A stretch of DNA of 64,000 bases from IMGVR_UViG_3300027759_000046:124001-188000, one strand, 5' to 3'; shown: positions 23,932 to 34,687, counted from the stretch's first letter. Made by a program: numbers and translations. Notes: generated from the sequence alone by a model not told the origin.

Positions 23932-24525
23932 ATGTATACTAAAGAACAACTCGAGAAGGCAGTAAAGGCCAAAGGCTATGCTTGGTTTGAAGGAGCCAAA
24001 GACTATGATGTAAATCTAGTAGGTATCAGAAATTCAGCAGTTGGAAAGACTGTAACCAATGTGTTTGACGATTGGATGACTCTAACTTTTAAAGTAGACG
24101 GGCAATGGCAATCTTATTGCTGGGCAATCACAACCGATCCTGGCACAAAAGCCGTTAAGGAATATCATAATCCAAATGGTGTTGCTCGAGTGGTACCAGG
24201 CCAATACAGAGGTATGTGGGCTATTGGTCTACACCAAGGTAAGTACAAAGCAATGACTCAAGTAAAACCAGTTAAGGTGTATCGAGATAAGAATAAGGAC
24301 ATGACCTTTGACGAAGTCATTATTCAAGAAGGTCTATTTGGAATTAACGGACACCGGTCAAATCCTACCACTGAATCAGCATACGTTGAGAATTGGTCTG
24401 AAGGTTGTCAAGTATTTAAGAGAGTAAAAGACTTTAATGTATTCATGGAGCTTTGCGAAAAGGCTAGAGCAATTCATGGAAACTCTTTCACATACACTCT
24501 ACTAGAGTCAAAGGACCTAGTTTAA
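23932..24525 (+). CDS. Putative YkuD-like cell-wall enzyme
   Basis: GINGHRS...NWSEGCQV (H...SxGC arrangement). Confidence 0.55.
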   Translation: MYTKEQLEKAVKAKGYAWFEGAKDYDVNLVGIRNSAVGKTVTNVFDDWMTLTFKVDGQWQSYCWAITTDPGTKAVKEYHNPNGVARVVPGQYRGMWAIGLHQGKYKAMTQVKPVKVYRDKNKDMTFDEVIIQEGLFGINGHRSNPTTESAYVENWSEGCQVFKRVKDFNVFMELCEKARAIHGNSFTYTLLESKDLV

Positions 24526-24528
24526 AAG

Positions 24529-25479
24529 TTAGACCTTTTCAAAATGTGAATCCATTGAGTATGAATTTACAATCGCGCTGATTGCGACAGCAATTGAAGA
24601 AGCGCAGCTTACCACCTGAATCTTGGGATTCTCAGTCTGTTCAATTGAATCGGTTATAACCAATTCGTCCAACCACTCTGAATCCTGAATACGCTGATGA
24701 CCTGCACCAGATAGAACACCATGACAGATTACTGCAGTTACGCGGCTTGCACCGTTCTCTTTTAAGATACGTGCAGCATTAGTTAAGGTTCCGCCAGTAT
24801 CAATCATATCGTCTACTATAATTACGTGACGTCCTTTAACATCGCCGATTAGATCCATACGCTCAATTGAATTGGGCTTGTCTCTAAGCTTTGAAAGCAT
24901 TGTAAAGTGGGTATCAGGAAAGCTCTTTAAGAATCTTTGATAGAATTTAGAAGCTCTCTTAACTCCACCAGCGTCTGGCGAACAGACCACATAATCGTCT
25001 TGAGGTAAAGACTTTGCGAATCGGCTAAATGCTACATGACCAGGAATCATGTTAACTGGAATATTAAAGAATCCTTGAATTTGTTCAGAGTGTAGATCAA
25101 TAGAGATCAGTCTGTTTGCACCGGCTGTTTGTAACATGTCTGCCATTAACTTGGCTCCAATTGCGCCACGGGCTCCTTCTCTTCGGTCTTGTCTAGAGTA
25201 TCCAAAATACGGAATGACTGCAATTACCTCTGACGCTGATGCACGTTTCGCTGCATCGATTGCCAATAGGAGAGTCATAATCTTTTCAGGACTGGTTGTG
25301 CTTGAAACCAAGAAGACCTTTTTGTCTCGGATTGATTCCATGAATTGCGGACTAAGTTCGCCGTCTGAGAATCGGTCTACTTTAAATTCGCCTAGTACTT
25401 TTCCGTAAGCATCTTCAAGATGCATTGCAATTCGTTCAGCTAATTTAGAGCCGTCTACTGAGAAGATTTTATAGTTCAT
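24529..25479 (-). CDS. prs: Ribose-phosphate pyrophosphokinase
   Basis: FSDGE, PYFGYSRQDR, DLHS.QIQGFF, SPDAGG, VDDMIDTGGT. Confidence 0.95.
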   Translation of the reverse strand: MNYKIFSVDGSKLAERIAMHLEDAYGKVLGEFKVDRFSDGELSPQFMESIRDKKVFLVSSTTSPEKIMTLLLAIDAAKRASASEVIAVIPYFGYSRQDRREGARGAIGAKLMADMLQTAGANRLISIDLHSEQIQGFFNIPVNMIPGHVAFSRFAKSLPQDDYVVCSPDAGGVKRASKFYQRFLKSFPDTHFTMLSKLRDKPNSIERMDLIGDVKGRHVIIVDDMIDTGGTLTNAARILKENGASRVTAVICHGVLSGAGHQRIQDSEWLDELVITDSIEQTENPKIQVVSCASSIAVAISAIVNSYSMDSHFEKV

Positions 25480-25946
25480 ATTTGTTTAGGTGATTTCTTT
25501 GAGGTTCGGATGATTGCCATTTCTTCTGGCGTAAGTAGTGCTCGACCGTATTCTTTAACTCTCTCAGAGTATCGAGACTTAACTCTCTCGCTTATCGCTA
25601 GCGAATTACCTTCATCGTCTATTCTGACAAATTTCATGTTCGTATGAGTTACGACGGTCTGAACACCAGTGTAGACGTTATGCTTACGAACTTCTATATA
25701 GAGAGTAACTGATGTTGTGCCGAATGCTTTAACACAGCCGTATAACTTTAGGATATTACCTGATTTGACAGGCAATTTAAAAACAAGCTCGTCAATTTTC
25801 AAGGTAACAACTCGTTGAGTATCGCAGATTTGAGCTGCATATCCAGCCGCAGCATCGTCAATGAGTCCCAAAATAATTCCGCCGAACATATTGTTATGAA
25901 CTCCAATATCTCCTTGCTTGCAAATGTAGGTGCTAATTAATTCCAT
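25476..25946 (-). CDS. Acyl-CoA thioesterase (HotDog fold)
   Basis: HNNMFGG...IDDAA...F..PV..G. Confidence 0.85.
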   Translation of the reverse strand: MELISTYICKQGDIGVHNNMFGGIILGLIDDAAAGYAAQICDTQRVVTLKIDELVFKLPVKSGNILKLYGCVKAFGTTSVTLYIEVRKHNVYTGVQTVVTHTNMKFVRIDDEGNSLAISERVKSRYSERVKEYGRALLTPEEMAIIRTSKKSPKQI

Positions 25947-25957
25947 TCTAGACTATT

Positions 25958-27319
25958 CTACTTAATGGTTGTCTTTAAGTTCTTCTTTAATTCAGATAAA
26001 TCTTCGCGATACATATCGGTTGGATCTTTCTTTTTGATCTCAGCCAATAGAGCTCTCTTCTCAGCAACTTCTTTCAATAACTGCTCGTAAGTTTCTTTAG
26101 TCAATGAATGAATTGGCATTGATAACAAGTAGTTATAAGAGTCATTCACCATATCGAACCCATTCGCAACTAGATCCTTAATGATATCTGCTTTAGGTCG
26201 ATTGTTTACCTTTAACTTGCCTTCAATAATCATCTTAACGAATCTTGCACGATTTGACAAGTACATCAGCTCTTCGCCGTATTTCTTAATCAAGTATGCC
26301 TTACGTTTTGAATAGAATCCTAATCTAAAATTTGTAAAGTACTCTACAACTTGCGGAACATTATCAAAGATGATTAGTTTACCTCTCTCGTCCAAGCAGG
26401 TTAAGTTCTCAGTTTCCGTCTCAACCATCTTAAGTGTTTGGTCAAGGCGACCCTTTGCAATTAGATCAGCTAATGTTGCTCTTGCGAATTTAAGAGTGTA
26501 GTTGATTCCGTTTGAAGAATTATCTTCGTATGAAAAGATTATGCCTCGATCCTGTAGAGAATTAAGATGAGCCTCGTATTTTTGGAAAGTAATTGATGGA
26601 GGTAATTCAGAGATCTCGACAGTTGTTGTGTTTGCAACTCGGTACTGACCTCGCATAACATATTGATTTGTTCCAGTAACTTGCTCAACTGGACCCTTGT
26701 ACTCGTTCCACCAAGGAAGAAGCTTGCCAACTTTCTTGCCGTCTAATACTTTTACACATGCATCAACTAGGTCTAATGGATTACGGTTTAGGATATTGGT
26801 TGCAAAGCCCACCGCAATACCTGAACTTCCATTCAATAAGACAGTCGGAATAATTGGTAAGAAGTATTTTGGCTCAATCACATTACCCTCTTCAACTTGA
26901 TTCTCAAGCAATTCAAAATCTTTATATAAGAGTCTGAAATTCTTGGTCAATTTAGTTGAGATATAACGAGCTGCTCCAGCTTCAGGCGATCTTAATGATC
27001 CGAACTGGCCAATCTCTTCTAAGAGAGGTAGGGAATTCTTGAAGGACTGTGCCATACCAATGATTGCACCATTTAGAGAACCGTCACCATGATGGTAGTG
27101 GGCCTCAGATGCGATCCGACCACCTAACTGGAATATCTTTAATGGTTTCTCAGATCCATTACGCCAAACTCGGTCTGCGATAAAGATAATCTTACGAGCA
27201 GTAGGTTTAAAACCGTCTATCACTGATGGTATTGCTCGATTCTCTAGCGTGTACATTCCGTACATCGCATAGTCTTGATCGAGATATTCTGTTACTGTTT
27301 TATTTTGTAGCTGATTCAT
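25958..27319 (-). CDS. gp52: DNA topoisomerase II medium subunit (T4 gp52-like)
   Basis: DGFKPTAR, YHHGD, AARYI catalytic Tyr, NGSSGIAVG. Confidence 0.95.
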   Translation of the reverse strand: MNQLQNKTVTEYLDQDYAMYGMYTLENRAIPSVIDGFKPTARKIIFIADRVWRNGSEKPLKIFQLGGRIASEAHYHHGDGSLNGAIIGMAQSFKNSLPLLEEIGQFGSLRSPEAGAARYISTKLTKNFRLLYKDFELLENQVEEGNVIEPKYFLPIIPTVLLNGSSGIAVGFATNILNRNPLDLVDACVKVLDGKKVGKLLPWWNEYKGPVEQVTGTNQYVMRGQYRVANTTTVEISELPPSITFQKYEAHLNSLQDRGIIFSYEDNSSNGINYTLKFARATLADLIAKGRLDQTLKMVETETENLTCLDERGKLIIFDNVPQVVEYFTNFRLGFYSKRKAYLIKKYGEELMYLSNRARFVKMIIEGKLKVNNRPKADIIKDLVANGFDMVNDSYNYLLSMPIHSLTKETYEQLLKEVAEKRALLAEIKKKDPTDMYREDLSELKKNLKTTIK

Positions 27320-27334
27320 TCGGTATTATTATAC

Positions 27335-27715
27335 TTAAATTAAGTCTAAACAGACGGTAGTTAGAAACCTATGGTCTTCGGGTAAAGTTAAGAGCTCTTT
27401 AATGTGTTCGTCACATGCTGTCTGAAATTTCTCAGGCTCACTGTTACCCCAAAGAGTTGCTTGATCGAAATGATTTAACTTAGCCAATCTAATCAGCTCT
27501 GCATAATCCTTATCTCGTAAGTGTCCTTTTAGTGGCATCAATCCGCCGACGCAAGTATTCCACTTAAGTTTGCGACCATTATAGGTTATCCAATAATAAT
27601 CCATATCGTCTTCGCCAACGGCAATGAGTCTCTCAATATCCCAGCTTGCATTGATTACGAATTGGCCTTTAAGCTTTTCAAACTCGGCAAGGATTAGTGT
27701 TTTATTGTCTGTCAT
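27335..27715 (-). CDS. Hypothetical protein between the topoisomerase subunits
   Basis: 126-aa ORF. Confidence 0.7.
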   Translation of the reverse strand: MTDNKTLILAEFEKLKGQFVINASWDIERLIAVGEDDMDYYWITYNGRKLKWNTCVGGLMPLKGHLRDKDYAELIRLAKLNHFDQATLWGNSEPEKFQTACDEHIKELLTLPEDHRFLTTVCLDLI

Positions 27716-29550
27716 TATACTGAAAGTTTAAGAAGTTTCTCTTTACGCATTGCTGAATCTGTGCCGAACCAGTCGTTAAGACTGTCCTTGTACCTTTTGT
27801 CATTCTGCATTTTAACTAGAACTGGATTGTGAATAATATCTCGGTACTCAACGTCTTCCAAAGCGGCAAGACCTTTTTTGTATTCGACATCCCAACCTTT
27901 TGCACCAGTCTTCTTTTCCCAAGCCGAATACTCTTCGTTAGAATAGAACGGTTTGACCTCCTTGCCTTTCTTTGCAACGACTAACGGTGTCATTACTTTA
28001 AAGATTCGACCTTGTTCAAATAGTTCCGGCCAGTACTTATTAAAGAAGTTCATTAGGAGTCCAGCAATAGAGTCTCCGTCTGGATCTGCATCAGTATAGA
28101 TGTACACGCTGCCATATCTCAGATCACCAGGTTCCTCTCCTAATTTGATTCCTAATGATGCCATAAGCTGGACAGCTTCGTCATTCTGAATGACTCCAGA
28201 GTTTGCCATCTCACTAACATTCAGGAACTTACCCTTTAACGGAAAGGCTCCGAACGTCTGTGGATCTCTGAATTTTCGAACGGCTGAGAGAGCTGACATT
28301 CCTTCAAATATTCCAAGCACGCATTTCTTACGATCCTTACCTTTTGCATCAATTAACTTAAGTACTTTAGTTGTCGCCAAAGACTTGTTTAATTTTCTAA
28401 GTTCAGCTCTTTCTTCTGCTGCTTTCTTCTGCTCAATCCAATCAAGTAGAGACGAGACAACCTCAGATGCAAAGACTGATTTAATAAACTTCTCTGATAC
28501 TTGGTGAGAGGTACCAAAGTCTTTAGGTTCAGTAATTAACTTCTCTTTGGTTTGAGAAGAGAATGCTGGATTGATTACAGTTGAGTTAATGAAAAGAAAA
28601 ACGTGATTACGAATCTCAGAAGGCTTAACCTCAACCTTATGTTTCTTTTTAATTAGACCACGTAAGCCTTCGATTACCTGATTTAGGATATAGTTCTCAT
28701 GAGTACCTCCGTCCTTTGTGCCAATTGAATTGACAAATGATACTGATTGGAATCCGTCTTTGGAAACTCCGAACGCAATCTCCCAATCGTTTGATCTTTC
28801 CCATATTGAATTTTGAGTATAGAGATCAACGTACTCTTTAAATGTTTTGAATCGGTATTTCTCGCCGCAGAATTCTAATTTAAGACCAGGATTTGCTGCT
28901 GCAATATCAATGACACGCTTACGCATCATCTTCCAATGAGAGTCATCGATCTCGGTCATTTCGAATTTTGCAAGATCCGGTACATAACTGATTTCAGTAA
29001 AGCCTTGACCTGTCTTGCTAATCTTTGGAGTGCTACGACTTGACATGTTATTGCTGAAAACTTGCAAGAATCGGTTCTTGCCGTCCGCTGTATCAATCGT
29101 AAATTTCTTAGAGAAGATATTAACGAGCGAAGCTCCAACTCCATTTGTTCCTGCAACAGTTCGGCCTTCATCATCGTTAAAGTTTGAACCTGCTCGCAAG
29201 TTAGAGAAGATTAATTCTGGAATCCAGACTTTATGGTCGGGGTGTTGTAACACCGGAATCCCGCCGTTATCCCATACCGTAATTGTATCGTGAGTTACGC
29301 CAACTTTAATTGTATTGATTTTGCCTGATCGTTTATGCTCATCGACTGAGTTTGAGATGATCTCATCAAACAGTTTAAGAAAACCTGGATTATAGGTTAA
29401 CTCTTCTTTCTCATAGACTCCATCTTGTAGAATCCATTCGTTTGACGTGTGAGGTTTTGTAGAACCAATATACATACCTGGACGTTTAAGCACGTGCTCA
29501 ATCTCGTCTAACAACTGGTACTTCTTGCTTATTTCTTTATTAGATGCCAT
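27715..29550 (-). CDS. gp39: DNA topoisomerase II large subunit (fused gp39+gp60-like)
   Basis: Start MASNKEISKKY (ATG 29550); LKRPGMYIG, EIISNS.DE, GTNGVG, EGMSA, PLKGKFLN, DAD.DG, YKKGL; uninterrupted frame. Confidence 0.95.
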   Translation of the reverse strand: MASNKEISKKYQLLDEIEHVLKRPGMYIGSTKPHTSNEWILQDGVYEKEELTYNPGFLKLFDEIISNSVDEHKRSGKINTIKVGVTHDTITVWDNGGIPVLQHPDHKVWIPELIFSNLRAGSNFNDDEGRTVAGTNGVGASLVNIFSKKFTIDTADGKNRFLQVFSNNMSSRSTPKISKTGQGFTEISYVPDLAKFEMTEIDDSHWKMMRKRVIDIAAANPGLKLEFCGEKYRFKTFKEYVDLYTQNSIWERSNDWEIAFGVSKDGFQSVSFVNSIGTKDGGTHENYILNQVIEGLRGLIKKKHKVEVKPSEIRNHVFLFINSTVINPAFSSQTKEKLITEPKDFGTSHQVSEKFIKSVFASEVVSSLLDWIEQKKAAEERAELRKLNKSLATTKVLKLIDAKGKDRKKCVLGIFEGMSALSAVRKFRDPQTFGAFPLKGKFLNVSEMANSGVIQNDEAVQLMASLGIKLGEEPGDLRYGSVYIYTDADPDGDSIAGLLMNFFNKYWPELFEQGRIFKVMTPLVVAKKGKEVKPFYSNEEYSAWEKKTGAKGWDVEYKKGLAALEDVEYRDIIHNPVLVKMQNDKRYKDSLNDWFGTDSAMRKEKLLKLSV

Positions 29551-29651
29551 ATCGTTTATTGTATTTGCTATAATCACAAAGGTTTTAGCGTAGCCCAGCT
29601 GAGGTACGCCGATTAAGAATATTATACTAAAGGTATGGAGTAATGGTCGAC

Positions 29652-31340
29652 TTAGTAACCGTAGTCGTCTTCGTCGTCTTCTGAATAGTTCTTGTTGTCC
29701 CAAGTGTATTCAAGATCGTCAGTATCGTGGTTGCGAGTAATACCGTATTCTCTTTCATATTCACGAGCGTTCTCTGAATAGAAATCCCATAGACCCATTG
29801 CATCGTCTTCATGATGAATCGAATCCATGTAATCTTTGTATTCTGCTCTAAGCATCCTCATGAATTCGGAGAGAGTTGTTGCCTTTGGATCGTCAACCAA
29901 TCCCAATTGCTTAAGGCGTCCAATATTGTTTTGACGATTCTCTTTTAACATCTGTGAAAGTCTTTCAACCTCTTTAAAGTCTCTAGCATCGAGTGCTTGA
30001 TCAATTAGATCTTGGATCTCAGTCTGACTAAGTTCTCTATCTTCCGGCTCTTCAGCTTGGAAGCTTGGGAAATCCTGATCTTCAGGTTCTTCAGCATACT
30101 GATCTTCAGCATACGGATCTTCGTAATTAGCAGAGTCAACTGAGTCTTGCCAATCCTGAAGTTCTTGTTTAATTATTTGAATCAGCTTACGAACTTTGAC
30201 TTGAGCCTTTGGCATAGCCTCTTCAGCCGCAGTGATTTCAGCCTCAGTGTATTGAGGCTCTCTTTCGCCTGGCGTTCTGTATAATGGAGCCGCTGTAAAT
30301 ATTAAATTCATTAGCTCAAGGAATTCTTTGTCAGGTATTAGATTTGCATCAATCATTTTACCCCAAACGTATTCACGACCATTTTCAATATCATCAACTT
30401 CCGAAAAAGACTGGATAAAATCTCTAAGATCTGCTGCGGTTAATTTAGCACGCTTTAGGTCTTGAACCTCGTCTTGTGCAGTATCAGTATTCATAAATAC
30501 TTTAGCAATAACTTCATCACTAAGATGTGCAAGACCTCGCTGATTAATTATTCCGTAAATTGCCTTGATTGCCTCGTGGAATAGCATTGCCTGGTCTAGA
30601 CCCAAAATGGTTAAAGTTGGAGAAGTTTGAACCTCCTCAGCGGAGTCTTCAGTCTCTTCAGACTCTTGCTCTTCTTCTTGCTCTTCCTTTGCTTTAATTG
30701 GTTTCCATTCAATCTTAGATATTCCGCTTAATCCATCGCCCATTTCAATCATGCGAGCGCCTACCTCTTCTGGGATTCTCCAGTCGCGAGCATTACAAAT
30801 ATCAGTAATCATAACCAATAGCTCAACCATCTTGTTGGCATTGGCTTCGCCGAATAGTTGAGTTAATCCATTTACGTTAGTATCGCCCATTAACATCTTC
30901 TTGGAATTAATGGCCTCGCCTTGCGCAATCATGTTCATGATCTTACGCTTGTAAATTGCATTCTTTGTATCTTCGTCTTCAATATCTTTAAACGATGGCA
31001 TCTCCGGTTTTTCATCAGATTTTTCCTGATCCATCTTTTGTTTCATTTCACGTTGGTCGGTCGGGATTCTGATGTCTAATTCGGTGCCTTCTAAAATTAG
31101 TCCGTATTTTTCCATGATAACTTCTCGAGTTAGATCCTCAATCTGTTTCTCTTTACCGCGTTGCATCATCTGTACTTGACCAACGGCTCTCATTAAAGAG
31201 CCCATGTCGCGACCGTATTTGGCCTCAACCTCTCTTGCGCTCTGTTCAGCACGTTGATTTAAGGAATTTAAGTATTCTGGCGAAATCGCGGGATTACCCT
31301 TGATATCCGCTTCGTTTAAGAATTGTTTAAAGCTCTTCAT
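29652..31340 (-). CDS. Large acidic protein with capsid-targeting-like N-terminus
   Basis: MKSFKQFLNE; internal LKE-NRQNNIGRLKQLGLVDD. Confidence 0.8.
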   Translation of the reverse strand: MKSFKQFLNEADIKGNPAISPEYLNSLNQRAEQSAREVEAKYGRDMGSLMRAVGQVQMMQRGKEKQIEDLTREVIMEKYGLILEGTELDIRIPTDQREMKQKMDQEKSDEKPEMPSFKDIEDEDTKNAIYKRKIMNMIAQGEAINSKKMLMGDTNVNGLTQLFGEANANKMVELLVMITDICNARDWRIPEEVGARMIEMGDGLSGISKIEWKPIKAKEEQEEEQESEETEDSAEEVQTSPTLTILGLDQAMLFHEAIKAIYGIINQRGLAHLSDEVIAKVFMNTDTAQDEVQDLKRAKLTAADLRDFIQSFSEVDDIENGREYVWGKMIDANLIPDKEFLELMNLIFTAAPLYRTPGEREPQYTEAEITAAEEAMPKAQVKVRKLIQIIKQELQDWQDSVDSANYEDPYAEDQYAEEPEDQDFPSFQAEEPEDRELSQTEIQDLIDQALDARDFKEVERLSQMLKENRQNNIGRLKQLGLVDDPKATTLSEFMRMLRAEYKDYMDSIHHEDDAMGLWDFYSENAREYEREYGITRNHDTDDLEYTWDNKNYSEDDEDDYGY

Positions 31341-33012
31341 TTGTTAGCATTTTAAGTCTTTTTATTACGTCGTCTGCTTCAGCCTTTGCTGGTTCAGGTT
31401 GTTTGAATGGTTGTTTGGTTGGGATTGGACTCGGTCTGCTTGGTGTAGAAGGACGAGTCGCTGGTTTGGTTGGAGCAGGTTTAGTAGTTGGCTTAACTGC
31501 AGGCTCTGCTGCCCAATACTCAACGATCTGATCAAAATCTTCTGGTTCAATTGACTCCATTACGGCATCAACGTCTCCTCGGTTTAGACCAAGTTCTCTG
31601 AGTACATCGTTTTCCTGCGCCAAGATATTTCTAACTTGCGGGAATACTAGACTTGGATCCTCCTTTGCAATCAAGTTTACCTCAGCGAAAATTGAAAGAG
31701 TTGAGTCGATAATTGCCTGAATATCTTGATCACTAGCCTCAGCTAAGAGCATCTTAACTAATTGAGCAGAGAATTTAGAGAGAACTCCTTGATCCTTGTA
31801 CATTTTCAAGACCTGATCTTGAGTTAAGTTTTCTTTAATACGAGTATCAACAATATGTAAAACAATATTTAAGGAATCTTGGTTTGCAGCTGGATCAACT
31901 AGATAACTCTGTTTAATAATATTAAATAGGAGCTCAACTGGTTTTGTTTTATCTAATTTAAGATCGTAAACTACTTTCTTAACCATCATTTCAGTTGCAA
32001 GCTCTTGCACAACATTTGACACCAAAGCTTGTGGATATCCCAATTGAGTAAGGTGCTCAGTTGGATCGCTTGATTTCATAATGTGTCTGTCGTTAATGTC
32101 ATGAGAGGTTCTAACTTTACCATTATAGTAAACAGTTGTTCCTGTCAAGAAGAGAGGATCGCTTGGATCTGTACCGAAATTAAAAATATTTAATTGAACT
32201 GCATCACTTGCATAACTTGAGAAAGAACCACGGTTAATACACCAGTTTGCAACTGCGCATAATTTCTTTTGTGCATTCTCTGTACGCATGCTCATTACCA
32301 AGTACTGTTCGTCTGAATAGATTACTCCAGCCTCAGGTTCAAGCTCTTCAAGCTCTTTAACCTTTTTGCTTAGGCCAAGGTTTGCGAATCCTTTAACGTA
32401 GTTTGCAGTGTATTCTAAAACTTGTTCAATTGTCCAAGATGACATTGCCTTGATCTTTGCAAAGAGTCGACCGATTGCGCTTTCACCAAGCTCTTTTAAT
32501 TGAATAGCTAGAGTAATTGCCTCCTTCTTTCTCTCTCCGTCTAGTGCACGATATTGATCTCTTAAAGTTCTTGGCAGAGATTCCATAAACCATTTCGCGT
32601 CTTTTGCTCGCTCCATTGTTCGAAGTTCGTCCATTAACTGTTCAAAACCTTGGATACCATTAACTGGTTCAAGGTTTGCCCATTGATCAATTGGAATCGT
32701 TAACTGCTGTATCAAGTGTTTTTTAGTCTTTACGATCTCCAATAATGAGGTTAGGTCTTGGATCGTTGCTCCATGATCGAAATGGAATTTGATAAATGGC
32801 ATTGCATATCCTGGATAAGCCTTAACTAGATTAAGTATTTGTAGATAAGCTGGCTCAGTTAAAGCCTTGTCTCTCTCCTCTGGAGTTAACGCATTTGGGT
32901 CTTTACGCAATCTTTTCGCGTATCTCTTTTGCATATAGATCTTGGCTGCAGAGATGTTCTCATTAAGAGAGTGTCCAGCCAACCAGTTACTAAATGATTC
33001 TACTATTCTCAT
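31327..33012 (-). CDS. Large protein with CTS-like N-terminus and Pro/Thr-rich tail
   Basis: MRIVESFSNWL...LNE; KPAPTKPATRPSTPSRP. Confidence 0.8.
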   Translation of the reverse strand: MRIVESFSNWLAGHSLNENISAAKIYMQKRYAKRLRKDPNALTPEERDKALTEPAYLQILNLVKAYPGYAMPFIKFHFDHGATIQDLTSLLEIVKTKKHLIQQLTIPIDQWANLEPVNGIQGFEQLMDELRTMERAKDAKWFMESLPRTLRDQYRALDGERKKEAITLAIQLKELGESAIGRLFAKIKAMSSWTIEQVLEYTANYVKGFANLGLSKKVKELEELEPEAGVIYSDEQYLVMSMRTENAQKKLCAVANWCINRGSFSSYASDAVQLNIFNFGTDPSDPLFLTGTTVYYNGKVRTSHDINDRHIMKSSDPTEHLTQLGYPQALVSNVVQELATEMMVKKVVYDLKLDKTKPVELLFNIIKQSYLVDPAANQDSLNIVLHIVDTRIKENLTQDQVLKMYKDQGVLSKFSAQLVKMLLAEASDQDIQAIIDSTLSIFAEVNLIAKEDPSLVFPQVRNILAQENDVLRELGLNRGDVDAVMESIEPEDFDQIVEYWAAEPAVKPTTKPAPTKPATRPSTPSRPSPIPTKQPFKQPEPAKAEADDVIKRLKMLTNEEL

Positions 33013-33014
33013 CT

Positions 33015-33893
33015 TTATTGTTGTAGCTTTTTTATGTGGTCATTAATTTGGTCAATGGCAGATTGAGTATCAAATTTTAATCGAGTGTCCATCTTTAAAT
33101 CAGCTGCTCTTAATTTTAAAGTATACGATTTAAGCATTAAATTAAGATACTCAAGCCTATTCATTCTATAAAGCGGCTGTGCTTGATTTGATAATTCCTT
33201 TGCCTGTATAAGTAGGTTGTCCGCTTCAGTACGAGTAGGTGCAGTCTTCTTCTTTACATTGTACTTCCATTCAGTCGGTTCAGGATAGAGAGTAGCATGT
33301 TCAAAGTCTATTTTTTCTGAAGCCCATAGCATTGCAGTATTAAAGAAATCTGCAGTTGAGGTCACTTCTCTAAACTTTTTGATCTCAATATTCATTGATC
33401 CTAATCCGCCTCTTCTACTCCATATACCGACATTAATTCCTTTAGGCGTCATACGTCTAATTACTTTAGGGCCAGGAAAGAATCCAATACCCCAACCGTC
33501 TTTGACACGATAGTTTGGGTCTAACGAAAATACTACAGTTCCATTCATCAACTGTCTTGGACTTGAAACCATGTGTAGACCTTTGGCGAAAAGAGCCTTT
33601 GCTCCATCAGAGCCAAGGCCAGCTAAAGTATTAATACCTGATAATTCACCAAGGTTTTTTAAGATTTCCAAATCTTCCTGTTCTTTATAATTAAGCTTGA
33701 GCCCTTTAACTAATCGCTGATATGCGCTAACGATCTTTTTAAATTCGTCTTTATAACCTGAATCGTCAATTAAGCCCAAGTCAACAAGTCGTTTAAGATT
33801 AATAGCTGTCTTGCCAAGACCGGTCGCTTGAGACTCAGCGTCTGTGATATCTCTATTCTCGGAAATGTATTGAGCAAATTTAAGTAGTTTCAT
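33015..33893 (-). CDS. Protein with CTS-like N-terminus and RLxxLGL tag
   Basis: MKLLKFAQYISE...KRLVDLGLIDD. Confidence 0.8.
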   Translation of the reverse strand: MKLLKFAQYISENRDITDAESQATGLGKTAINLKRLVDLGLIDDSGYKDEFKKIVSAYQRLVKGLKLNYKEQEDLEILKNLGELSGINTLAGLGSDGAKALFAKGLHMVSSPRQLMNGTVVFSLDPNYRVKDGWGIGFFPGPKVIRRMTPKGINVGIWSRRGGLGSMNIEIKKFREVTSTADFFNTAMLWASEKIDFEHATLYPEPTEWKYNVKKKTAPTRTEADNLLIQAKELSNQAQPLYRMNRLEYLNLMLKSYTLKLRAADLKMDTRLKFDTQSAIDQINDHIKKLQQ

Positions 33894-33895
33894 AA

Positions 33896-34663
33896 TTAAA
33901 AATCTTCGCTTCCCATTTTTGTTTGCGGGTCAGAATAGATTGCGGAATAGGCATTTGAACCTGCGTCTATCAATCTTTCTAACCAACCTGTATTTCTGAG
34001 TCTCTTGAAAACAAGATTCTCTATTGAGAACTCGCCGTCTTTTGCAAGACCGTCTTTACGAGCTTTCATAATTTTTTCTTTTAAGACTTTGACACGATCG
34101 GCTAAGCCTCTAGCATCTTCAGAATCAGATCGCTTGATCATCTTCTCAATCTCTTCGATCTCAGTCATAAATGCTTCAGCTTTTCTAGATACATCTTGCG
34201 GATCAACGGTTGGCGGATTCCATTTAGGTTTTACAATCCATTCAGCTTTGAGTAGAGAATAGAGACCTGATGCAATGTGGGGTTCATTCACGTCCTGCGC
34301 ATAGAGCTCAACGTCATGTCTGCGAATCACGACTGGGTGTCGCAAGTTCCAAACGAAACGCTGACCGTCCAGCCCTTTCTTTACTAGCTCTGTGTCCTCG
34401 CTAATCTGCGAGAAGTCTAGTAGCACGTGAACGTCTAAGTCCGAGTTCTCGGTCCAAGTGTAGTTCGCAATTGAGCCAGTTAATTGAATATCGGAGATTG
34501 GAACTTCAATCTTAAGATCTGTGTAGAAATCGTCTGCAATCTGCAGAAGTTTCGTTCTAACCTCCGGATTAAACTCTTCACCGTTCCAAAATGCTGGATG
34601 CAAGCCCTTTTGATAGAACTCGCTCTCATTTATAAAATCTGTAAATTTGTTTAAATATCTCAT
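33896..34663 (-). CDS. Pol-beta-superfamily nucleotidyltransferase with CTS-like N-terminus
   Basis: MRYLNKFTDFINE; LTGSIAN...SDLDVH (GS-DxD); VELY. Confidence 0.8.
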   Translation of the reverse strand: MRYLNKFTDFINESEFYQKGLHPAFWNGEEFNPEVRTKLLQIADDFYTDLKIEVPISDIQLTGSIANYTWTENSDLDVHVLLDFSQISEDTELVKKGLDGQRFVWNLRHPVVIRRHDVELYAQDVNEPHIASGLYSLLKAEWIVKPKWNPPTVDPQDVSRKAEAFMTEIEEIEKMIKRSDSEDARGLADRVKVLKEKIMKARKDGLAKDGEFSIENLVFKRLRNTGWLERLIDAGSNAYSAIYSDPQTKMGSEDF

Positions 34664-34687
34664 CAGGTTTATTTATTCCAGAAAATC

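Noticed and set aside
27715-29550. T4 gene 60-style translational bypass, intron or intein in topoisomerase
   Set aside because: Continuous frame of normal length with all motifs in order
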